DNA from: Sphaerodactylus townsendi
Taxonomy: Eukaryota
Direction: 5' to 3'
Length of the DNA stretch: 64,000 nucleotides
Assembly: GCF_021028975.2 (NCBI RefSeq)
Contig: NC_059427.1
Span: 126,976,001-127,040,000 of the forward strand
Positions 12,427-24,400 of the stretch are shown here, piece by piece (position 1 is the first letter of the stretch; each line of letters begins with the position of its first letter). A program made the translations under genes and the position numbers. A model generated the notes under the pieces. The model worked only from the letters and a program-made list of their open reading frames with translations. It did not search any database and was not told the DNA's origin.

Positions 12427-15400
12427 GTTGGATTTGTATCCCGCCCTATCCTCGAAGGATCTGGGGTGTAAGGCTCCAAGAAGTAATACATTTTGGGGAG
12501 TCCAGGCTGTCAGTATGGGGTGTTTAAACTCTCATTATTTCAGATGAAACAAATTAGGGTGCCCAAAAAAGTAAAAAATGGGAGGAATCATATACCCACC
12601 TATCCCAACCTGGCTGTTTTCCAGAATTCTAGGGAAGGGACATTGTATAGTTTAAACAATTAGTGAGAAAGAGTGGGGAAAATAAGTCCCTCCAAACAAC
12701 AATCCCATGCCCATTCTCATTACACCCAATGGAACAATTTTTCTAAACAGCACCACCCACCTTTGTCTCCATTTCCTTCAAAGCCTTCATACTATATACC
12801 ATCCTACACAGTCATCATAGAATAATTACTGGGTTACTAACAACCAGGCTGTTCTCTACTTTTATCATCTGTCCCCACATGACTAGTTGTCAGAGTCTCC
12901 TAGATTTTTACCTCACTCTTCCATTTTATGACATGCAATGTCAAACAATTCTTAGTAACCATGTCTATTAGTACTTGATGCAAGTTTTTTCTCGCATCTC
13001 ATACAGGTTTGTGGAGAGGACCATGGGGTGTTCCTAAGTCTGTCATCTCATTGGGACATTTAGATTTCACTGTGAATTTAACATAAAAATGCCAAAGTGG
13101 GAAAGGTGCATGTGTTTGCTATCTCGTGTGTGTGTGCGATTTTCCCATGCAGATTAGGGTGCCCTAATGGCAATGATATGATCCCCCACAATCCATCCCA
13201 TTTTAAAAATGTATACCAGTAACTGTGTTAACATATTTTCTTTAATTTAAAATAAAGCACTTCATCAGAGCATGGACAAACTACAGAAGATGGTGATAAA
13301 GAGCTGCTTGCAACTGACAAAGGGGTAATGTTGTAAACACAAGGATTGAACCAGATATGTTTTTTAAAATGCCATTTAAATTGTACACATTTTACTATTT
13401 AAACTCAATGCCCTACATTATAAATACCTGGATGATTAAAATAGTATTTACTTAGTATGTTAAGATTGCTTAATTGATTTTAAATACTTATTTAATTCAT
13501 CCTACTACTATACTTGTAGTTCTTTTATAAAAAAGATATACATGGGTTCTTTGAGATTTTTGAGCTATTGTATCTGGAATGGAAAATACAGAAGCCATAT
13601 AAGGAGAATAATCCATTCCTTTAGGTTTTAACCTTCAGAAGTTGAGCAGTCAAGCCACACCCACTGAGACACTAATAAACATTCCTTTCCAAAGTTGTGT
13701 TCTCTGGTATATAGTTAGAAAGTGCTCATTTAAAAAAATATCCTCTTCAGTTGTACTTAATTTTTTCCAAATTCATTATTTAGTACTATGAGAACAGGGA
13801 TTCAATTTTGAAACCACTGGCAGTCAGCACAATGGTATATTCATAAAGACAATATATGTTGGCATCTGATTAGCTGTTGCCTGAGCCCCAGATGGGGTGG
13901 GCATGAGTGACAGAAATTGTGGGGAAATGCTTTTTTTTTTTAGGGGGACTGTGCATGGTTGGGAGGCCCCATCCAACTTTTGGCCTATGGTAGGAGCCCT
14001 GGTTGCTAATTGGCTAAGGCATATCCTGAACAAATCCTGAATTCAATTGTAAGGTTCTTTGAACTGTTAATTGGGAGGGAAGGCAGCATAGTTTGATCTC
14101 ATGAAATCTCAGAAGCTAAACAAGGTTGGTACTTGGAAGGGAGACCTCCAAGAAAGACTCTGCAGAGGAAGGCAATGGCAAACCACCTCTGCTTAATGCA
14201 GAGGCATAGCTGGGCCATACTGCACCCCGTGCACACTCTGAGTTTTCTGCCCCCCCCCCCCCCGTGGCGCCCTGTCCCTCCCCCACTTACCTTAGTTCAG
14301 CCTGGAAAAGCGGCCTGTTCCCTTCAAGCTGAAAATGGCCTGGTGGGACTTACACTTCCTATGAGACCTTGGGGCTCACAAGGTCTCCTGGGAAGTGTAG
14401 TTCCCACCAGTCTATTTTCAGCCTGAAGGGAACAGGTGGCTTCTCCTTGCCTGCACTGTTTTAATAAGGTAAGTGTGGGGGCAGGGGGCACCGCGGAGGG
14501 GCAGGGGAGTGGGGTACCACAGGGGGTGATTTTCCGCCCCAGGCATGTGCCCAGTGCAACGCGCACACACACACACACGGCCCCCTGGTAGCTCTGCCTC
14601 TGGCTTAATGACTTGCCTTCTGGGGTCACGATAAGTCAGCTGCAACTTGATGGCACTTTACACATACAGACTGTAGACACATACAGACATACAGGCTTCT
14701 CCAACACAAAGAAGAATGTGTTGACAACTCGCAACCTCATCACATGGCAATCCATGGGGCATTCCAGTTAAAAAGATGAACAGAGGTGGCTTGCATTGCC
14801 TTTCTCAGTAGAGCAACCCTGGTCTTCCTTGGTTGTGTCCCAACTTAAGTTCTGACCATGCCCAACCCTGCTTAGTTTCCAAGCTCTGGCAAGCATGGAT
14901 TGAGCCATATTCTCTTCCATATTCTGAAACATTAGTTTCCCTCATCCACATTGTTTTTGTACTGAACATCAAGCCTGATGAAGAGTTCTGGGGAATTCTA
15001 CTTTTTCTTTAGGTTGGTCCTAAGACAAATGAATAGAATAATTTGAATTTTAAAAAATATTTATGTGATAGTCTTTGACTACCTTTACTGTGTTATTCTT
15101 GTAGGGGTATGCTGTTTTTATGACTCACTAAAAATATCTGGACAAGACCAATATTGATTTTTTTTTAATTTTTTAAACTTCCACATGACATTCCTATTAA
15201 AGGGGCCTGTGGAAAAGTTGGAAAACAGTTCTTCCCTCTGTGTTGATTTAGATTATGAGGGAGCTGGAGGTATTCTTGAACACCATTATGCCCCAGGCTG
15301 AAGAGATTATGTCAGCCTAACTCCTTACCCAGATGGCTGTATACAGTTGTCTACTGCAACAGCAATAGGAGGGGAAAGGCATAAAATCCGGCCAAAAACT

Positions 15401-18400
15401 GTCTGTGACAAACAGCTAGTAACCATTTATGAAAAAATAACAATATGTAATGCAACAGAAACATCTCAACAGGTAAAGGACATACATACGTTTGTTTATA
15501 CATAATAGGTTTCCATGTAAAAACACATTTCAAACAGTTCCTTCACTGGGTATTCTTTAACCAACGCAGTCAGTTTTGACAACTTTGTTACAACGTTTTC
15601 ATGCTTCAAAAGCACCTTAAAGTGCAGAGATACTTTAAGAACAATAATGATGAAAGTTTGGGTGGTGTCTTAATTGCCAAAGTAGGTGCAGTTCTAGAAA
15701 TGATTAACCAATGCAGTCAGTTTTGAGTAGAGGAATCCAAAATGCCATTCAGCTAAGGCAAAAAAGAGGAGGCACTCTTCCTGCAACTAGAATACTGATG
15801 GTGGTATTTTCCACACGGGGATTGACTTGTGCAGTTTCCCCATTGCTGTGGCAGTTGCTGATACAGTACAGCAACTACATGGCTTTCATAGGCAGGTATC
15901 CCCACCTTTCCCCTGTTCCCAGTTTCCGAGCAGCAATTATTCCCCACCCCAGCACTCTCAGTTTTCCAGATTCGTTTTTTTTATATGAAGTGGCAATTGA
16001 ATATTGTTGTAGCATTTTAATAATAAGTGAATCAGGTACCAGCTTTCATTTTTTTAAAAGTAAGTCTCTAGACCCTTCTGTTGCAGAGATGTAAGAGGAA
16101 AGACATGCTACTCTTCACAACTAGCAGGGGCTACAGACTTCTTTTTAATGAAAGCTGAACATTTAGGGGACCTGATAGAAACATTGCTATAATTCAATTG
16201 CTAATTTTAACAAAAAGTCCACTGGTGGCAATTGGGAAATGACCATTATGGGGCCTGGGGCCAGGAAAATGCCTGCCATTCAGACAGGACATGAATATCT
16301 AAAGTTTATGCCTGCCTGGCAGCCATCCAGGTGTTGTAACTTTGCTGTGACCTCTCCCAAAACTACACCAAACCAGAGCTGAAAATCCAGGGAAAATCCG
16401 GAAGGTATACAAATGTATCCCAGTGCTGTGAGGAAAGCTCCACTTCTTAACAGTATGTAATCCGTGTGGAAAAGTTTGGCATGTATAGCTTGAAATATAT
16501 AAAATTCACCACTTGCCTATCAGCAGATCCAGCATCCATATGAGGGAGTATGCTAACTTGGTTATAACCGTCTCTTTCTAGATATTTGGCTAATTTTTGA
16601 ACAAATCTTTGTAAACAAATTGGAACAGAATGTAAACTGTAAGGGAAAAAATCACTTTAAATGCAACATCATGTCCTACTCCACTCATCCATTTGTTTCT
16701 TTAGATTTTGTAATTTTTTAATCTTTTTTTCTACTTTTCCTTCTGCTTTCAGTTATGCTAACTGCAATAATGTTCATTCAGTAATTATAGCTATTGGGAA
16801 ACTATGCCATGTTTTATATCTTTTGTAATTTACTCCTGCTACCATGTTTCCCTGAAAATAGGACAGGGTCTTATATTAACTTTTGCTCCAAAAGATGCGT
16901 GAGATCTTATTTTCAGGGGATGTCTTATTTTTTCCCATTATTTTGCGCCCCCCACGTGACCAGATCAGCTGCGCTGGGGAATCTGTAACCAGGGCTTATT
17001 TTTGAAGTAGGGCTTATATTTCAAGCATCCTTCAAAAATCCTGAAAAATCATGCTAGGGATTATTTTCGGGGTAGGTCTTATTTTTGGGGAAACGGGATA
17101 TATTTGTGAAGAGAACATAAGCTATGTTTAAAAATTAACTCTGCCACATATAAATGCCTGGATACTTATGATTTAGTGCACAAACGCCTGGATGGCAGTG
17201 GTCCATTATAATACTGCTAGCAGACATATTAGCTACTGCATTCTGCAAACTGTTCTTCAAAGCATCTTGATGGCAGCACTTGTACATAATGTTCAGTCAT
17301 CCCCCAGTTTGGAATTGGGGTGGGCAGGTGTTCAGTGCAAGAGACCATTTTTAAGTTTAGAAGCATAGCAATAGTCACGCATGGGACTTTCTGCATAAAA
17401 GTTTAAAGAAGAGATCTGTTGGTTAACCATAGAATGCTATTTTCTTCTGCATATTATCTAATAGGATGCCCAGCTGGAAGACCCAAGTGGTTCAAATCAA
17501 GAAGATGGAGTGGCCATAGCAGTGAGTGTTTATCCTTCTTCATTTAGGAAGAAATTTGGTACATTTCTAAAATTTTGAAGGTGAAAACCTGCTGATTGTG
17601 AAATTTGGTAGACAATTTAATTGTTTTTACTTCTATCCCCAATAATTCTTTGCAGTCTCTTTTGACTCTATCACATTTTTTCCTATAAAATTCCAGTGTT
17701 CTCAGTTTCTTTTTTGGGTGAAAGGAGAAAACTCCTACAGGAAGCCCTTAATTCAAGTGGAGAGGCTACCCCAGAGGCAGTTCTGTGCTGTTTAGTTTAG
17801 GGACACTCAGCCTGGCTTAAGCAGAGGAGCCAACACTGACTGCCCAACCTTCACAATGGCTTTGGGATCAAAGGGGTAGATGCAAAAGCTTGCTCTCCCC
17901 AGTTAGACTTGCCAACCTCCAGATGGTGTCTGTCAATCTCCTGGGAATACATCTGATCTCTAGAGAAAAGAGATCATTTCCCCTGAGGAAAATGGCTGCT
18001 TTGGACAGTGGACTGTATGATACTGTATCCCACTGAGATCTCAGCAATATTACAGTAGTCCTAAGGGTACTTTTGACTCCTATGTATAAATGGTAAATGG
18101 ATAGGATATAAGTAAAATGCAATAAAGCTTGGAGGTGAAATTATGCTGCGCCTGTTCCCCTTCAGTGTGTTATTTCCTCTGTGTATTCATCAAATAGGCT
18201 GCACATCTGGAAGATACAAGTGTCCCAAATCAGGATAACTGAGTAGCCCCAGATGTGAATATGTATGCTTCCTCAGATGGGAACCAATTCTCTCAATTTT
18301 CCAATCACAGACCAGGTTATCAAAACACCTTCCTTGGCCATTTTTTCTTTCTCTGTCTATTTCCTTTATTTTTGTCTATATTTCCTTCATTTTTGTTTGG

Positions 18401-21400
18401 TTTCCAGATTTTTCATCACCCAAGATCATGATGTTATAACAAAGAAAAATGAAAATAAATTGCTTCGCTGGTTCTTGTTTAAAACTGAATTCCCAATTAA
18501 TCCCACTTAATTTTTATTTATTTTATTTATTTATTAAACTTTTATACCGCCCCATCCTCTAGGGGTGAATNNNNNNNNNNNNNNNNNNNNNNNNNNNNNN
18601 NNNNNNNNNNNNNNNNNNNNNNNNNNNNNNNNNNNNNNNNNNNNNNNNNNNNNNNNNNNNNNNNNNNNNNNNNNNNNNNNNNNNNNNNNNNNNNNNNNNN
18701 NNNNNNNNNNNNNATTCAGCATTCTGCTGTATCTTGCAGGATAGTATATGAACTATTTTAATGCTGCTTTTTAGCGTTCAGGTTTCAACTATTTTTTAGG
18801 CACCCCAGCCAGAAGGTAGTAATGCTGAGGAAGAAGGGACAGAAGGTGCTCCTACGGTTCCTACGGCTACCATTGAAGAAGGGGCAGAAGGTGGCCCTAC
18901 AGCTGCTGTGGAGGAGGGGGCCGAAGTTGCTCCTATGGCTTCCATTGAAGAAGGGGCAGAAGGTGGCCCTACAGCTGCTGTGGAGGAGGGCACAGAAGGT
19001 GCTCTTGTGGATACCATTGAAGAAGGAGCAGGTGGCCCTACAGCTGCTGTGGAGGAGGGGGCAGAAGGTGCTCCTATGGGTGCCACTGAAGAAGGTGGCC
19101 CTATATCTGTCATGGAGGAAGGGGCAAAGGGTGATTTTACAGCTGTTACAGAAGAAGATGCCGGCAGTGTTCCTTCAGCTGCTGTGAGGGAAGAGGCAGA
19201 AGGTGCTCTTGCAACTGCTGTGGAGGAAGAGGCAGAAGGTGCTCCTCTGGCTGCCATGGAGGAAGAGGCAGAAGTTATTTCTATGATAGTTAAGGAGGAA
19301 GGGGCAGAGGGTACTCCTACAGTTGGCATGGAAGAAGCAGCAGAAGTTGCTCCTACAGCAGTCATGGAGGAAAGACTTCTAACAGAGATGGGTGAGCTAA
19401 GCATCACAGAGACAGGCATTCCTGAACCCACAGAGCCTGCCTTTGCAGAGGTGAGTGACTAGACATGACCCATAGGATCTTGTTTTTTCTGGGTATAGAG
19501 TCTGTTTTGTATGTCAACATGGGTCACCATTGTGAGATACTTCTGATGTTGCAAATTCCTTTGAGACAATTTAAATGAGAGAAGAGGAGAAAATAGGTGA
19601 GAGCTGATAACCAATTATCTTCTGATCAAAGTCAAGTGCTTTTCTGATGGCACAGTGGGAAGGGTACTGATATGCTCAGGAATGCAACTTCAACTTGGGT
19701 TGCTACTGGTTTAGAAGAACGCACCAAGCATACTTTCCTTGAACCAGATCTGGTCCTGATCGAATTCTGTGAGGTAGTTAACTGAGGCATGTCTCTTAAT
19801 GTTGGCACATATTGGCACATGTGGGTAGGAGAGGGAGTAAATGTTTAAGGGCCACAGTAGAAAGGAGAGGACTGTGGAAAATTGACATGGAGTGTATACT
19901 TACACATTGCTGTGAAAATATTGCACCATAGCTCACAGTTGTTATAGTCCTGGTAGAATCTCCAGTATGAGTGGCAAGAAGATAAAATTGGCTTCCATGA
20001 CTTATAGCATTATGTGAGGTGAAACAACAGTGTCTGAGTAAGAGCAAATCATGTTGCCTGTTCTTTTATAGTGAGAACTCTTACTTTAGACTCCAACAGC
20101 ATTTCCTCTGAACTGTCTCTTTGGCTCCATGCCTTTTGCGTTGTTTCATTATCAAGACATTTCAGGCTTGTGAGAGAGATCTCATCAACTCTCAGTGAGC
20201 AGGAGCTCTCAGAAGGCTCTGAGTTTTAATTAGTCCTAATGCTACTCTCTAAGAAAATGTATGGCTCATTCCGCACATGCAGAATAATGCACTTTCAAAC
20301 TGCTTTCAATGCTCTTTGAAGCTGTGCAGAATGGCAAAATCCACTTGCAAACAGTTGTGAAAGTGGTTTGAAAACGCATTATTTTGCGTGTGCGGAAGGG
20401 GCCTTAGTCAGTTAGATCCAGTGTAAGGATCTCGCAAGGATCACAGATCATACTGGCTTTGCCCTCCCATCTGGAATCACCCCTCCCATCAGGAATCCTT
20501 TCCAGTTTAGGAAAGGTTTATTCCATGGTTCATGGGATTCACATGGAGAAATTGCCATACAGGTCAGGAAGATGTAATGGGGATTGAGAAGGGACTGAAA
20601 CTGCTCCCCTCTGCCTGTTGCGTCAGCAGAGCTCTTATGCTGGAAGCAGAAGGGAGTAATTTACCCCTTTCCACTGGTACTCCTCATCAGTAGCATAACA
20701 GGTGATGTGAGGGGGGCTGGAGGTCACATGGAGGGCACATTGCCAACTTGCACCTCCCCCTCACAACACTGAGCCTGCCAGCATGGGCTTACCCCACTCC
20801 AAACTCCACATGTTTAAACTGCTATCCCCATGTCCTTCCTCAAATAGTAGCAAGAGCTAAGTTACTTTACTTGATATTTATTTTACATATTTATGCAGAA
20901 TGGTATAGCAACCAGCTTTCTGAACTTGAATATCTTTTCAGCAGTTCTCTTCTGATAATAGTCCTTTTTTCATGAAAAGGAATACCGGGTTTCCTCTGAG
21001 AGGGCTGCCATGGCCAGAAATCCTTCCAGGTTGTATGGTGAGGAACGCATAGTGATTTCTTCTCCATCTTCAGCAGCCAGCAGCCCGAGATTTGATTTAT
21101 CCCAGTCAGTGGAGGTTCGAAAGAAGCCAGGTACTTGCCAGTGTCTTGTTGAAGATGGCTTTGTGTATTATTACAGCATGGTTTGATCTGACAGATGCTG
21201 AACGACTACAAAGCACAACCCTTGCATTTAAATGCAGTGCTAAGCCTGCACTTGTTATTTCTTGCATGGTTTATGTTATTATATTAGGACAGTGGTGGCG
21301 AACCTATGGCACTCCAGATGTTCATAGACTACAGTGCCCATCAGCCCCTGCTAGCATGACCAATTGGCCATGCTGGCAGGGGCTGATGGGAATTGTAGTC

Positions 21401-24400
21401 CATGAACATCTGGTGTGCCATAGGTTTGCCACCATGGCATTAGGATATTGTACCAGGATGCTTTGGATGTGGTATTAACATAGTAATATAAAGAAAGCAA
21501 ATTTAACCCAAGTAAGTAGGAACTAGAACCCAGGTTAGAAGCTATACACATAAAAGCACTGTTAGTTTACTTTCATATCCAATCTGTTTATTTTTTATCC
21601 AGGTTGCTTGCTTCTTGAGGTTTTGCTCCATTCATCCCCCTTCCAAAGCAGTTGCATCATTGTGTAGTTGCCCCCCTTCCAAGTTTTCCCCTGATTGTCT
21701 GCATTTCCCCCCATACCTGCTTTGGTACAATATTTCTTGGGAGAGCGTGAATGGGAAGGTGTGGATTTCTGGACCTTCCTGCCCACATTCAGTAACATTT
21801 CTTCTTTCATTACCCTTTATACCCACCATTCCATCCCACCCGCACTTGGCAGGCTTTTGATGATTTTCTGTTGTTGTTATCAGCAGCTGGTATATCACTA
21901 TAGCAATATACTTATTACTGTTACATTGCAGAAGCTGGCAAAAAACATTGTGGCGATAGGTGGAGGGGAATGGCAGAAGCAAGAGAGAATGGAGCATGCC
22001 CTTGTGTGGAGTTTCCCTTGCTGTTATACTTGCAATAATCTGAGTAATGAAACCAGCACTAAAATCAATAAAATCTTCATAGCATCAATAATACACTTCA
22101 AAACTAATTAAAAATTTAGTAATGCAACAATAAAACATGAAGATCAACAAAATATTTTAAAAAGTGAAAATACTCATCAGACAAAATTGCATGGTCCACA
22201 ACAAACAGGATAGCCAAGAACAATATGCAAAGCTTGGCAAAATAGTACAAACCAGAATGGCAACCAAAAGACGTATCGATCAGAGAGGGAAAAGAGAAAC
22301 ATTTTCACCTGATGTCTAAAAAGTAAAACTTGACGCCAGGCAAACTGTGATGTGGAAGTCATTCCTTAGTTGAAGCACCACAAAAGGAAGGCACGTTCTC
22401 TTACACTCACCTTCTCTTACTTAAGAGTCATGTGCTCTAAATAGTTCTCCATGCAAATAGGGTCCACTTTTCAATTTGGTTCCAAATTCACAAAGCATAG
22501 GAAACAAAAACTTTCCTCCTTCTGCCCCTTGTTCATAGAGTCATAACTGGCAATGCTAGGATTGTTGACAAAGTGATGAAGCTCCTAGCTCAAGTTTGTA
22601 AGAGGTTCTGAGAGTCTTGGACAGAGTGAAATCAAATTTATTGAAGGGCATGCCGGTAATTAGCAAGATTCAAGCCGTCATGATAATATCAAGCATGCAA
22701 TATTCAACACTGTCAAGACCATGCTAATAGCTGAATGTTCCAGATGTTTACACATGCTGTGCCACGTGTTTCATTTAAGAAGGGAAGGCAAAAGGTGTGA
22801 TCAAAGAGGCAGAGAGCAAGAGCAGGAAGCTGGTTTCAGACACAGGCCTGATTCTCTAGGCAGGATTCTGAGGCCCCTCCGATGCTACACGAGGATACTC
22901 CAGGGTTCAACTCTGTGTTATGGATCATACTTGAGCTCTAGTCCTCCTGGGCTTCCTGACAGAAGCTGACTCGTGTCTCCGGAGCCGAGTTTCAGAGGGG
23001 ATGGGACTAACACTCCTGTGGTTGCCTCTGATTGGGAGGAGTCTCCCTTTCTGCGCAGGCCCAAAGCTTCTCACTGCTGCCACAAGTATTCCTGTTCTGC
23101 GCAAGTGACAAGTGGCACTGAGCTGTGATTACAGACATTGGCTGGCAGGAGGTTTAGGGCGGCTGGAGATTCCTGACTCTGCCATGTTTAGGCTTGAGTG
23201 CAACCTGAAATCATTACAGAATAATCTTAATTCTGCCAGTCGAGTTTGGGAAATTCCACAGCAGGAGGGAGGAGCTGAGTTGAGCCAGACATTTAGGTTC
23301 ATTGCTACGTCTGTGCGGAGGACTTGGATCGGACCCAAGTCGATCTAAGGTCTACTCCTACAATGCGGGAGGGGCCTGAGTAACCAATAACCCCAACAAG
23401 ATTAATTGAAGGGAGGAGCAGTAGGGCCAAGTGTGCTGTAGTGCCAAAGCAGTTTAGAGAGATAGAGACAAGTGAGAGTATATCTAGAACCAGGGAACCT
23501 TTCTTGCTACGCACATGGGTTGAGTCTGCAGGAGTGCATGGGGTCTTAGATTTGGGGAAAGTTTCTGATCCCAGTGTGGTGCCCAATATTTCTTTACCTG
23601 AGTTCAAGCCAACAGCAGACAGTTTTAAGTAGCTTTATTTATTTTACATATTCATATGTAAAAATAGCTTTATTGCAAAGGAAGGGGAGCCGTCCCCACA
23701 TGGGCAGACTCTGCCAAAAGAGTATATCCACAGCATGTTTATTCCCTTCTTCCGAATTCGCCACACCTTCTCTGTTCCCCCATTGGCTAAGGGTACTTAG
23801 AGTCACAACTTTCCAATCTGCCTATTTACATGTTACTCTTTTATATGTGGCCCCCTCCCATATTCTTCCTGCATGTTCATTATAATACAGTTGGTCGTCA
23901 GAGCAGTAGAAGTTAATATGCATTAGCCTATTAAGCATGCTCAATACGTACAATCTGCTACAAGCCTTTCCCTTCAGCCTAGTCATCCAGCCGTCTTATC
24001 TTGTCCTGCCACAAACATCATCCCTTATGACTCATCTCCTCATTCCTAGTAGAAAACACATTTCACATGTATCATACATTATACAGAAAGATTTGAATTA
24101 CACGCAAAAGCTCATTTACTCTCAGAGGTATGAAGAGGGAGCCAGATTAGCTAAGAGGTGTGCTCCTAGTCATACTTAATGTGATAAGGAGGGAAGCTCA
24201 GGGTTCCAAATAAAGAAAGAGATGTGTTGGTTTCTCTTTGCTGCCATTATTGTTTCTGTGGTGCATGGTAAGCTTACTGTGGTGTTTATTCTGAATCTTG
24301 ACTTCTCTCTCTACTGGTTGGTGATGGCCAGAAACAGAGGTGATCTTAGCATAGGCTGACCAGCCGTCCCACTTTTGGCCATCCGTCCCACCTTTGGACA

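Noticed and set aside
18796-19431. 211-aa Ser/Ala/Pro-rich antisense ORF (mucin-like) and the +frame ORF 18822-19187
   Set aside because: Shadow frames of the CCDC40 coding minisatellite; no splice or promoter support
21603-21670. Strong-looking acceptor TTTTTTATCCAG as an extra CCDC40 exon
   Set aside because: In the required phase 1 it reaches TAG after about 21 codons with no good donor before it
22597-23900. Possible reverse-strand solo LTR(s)
   Set aside because: LTR-like composition and a minus-strand AATAAA, but no matching TG...CA ends with a TSD
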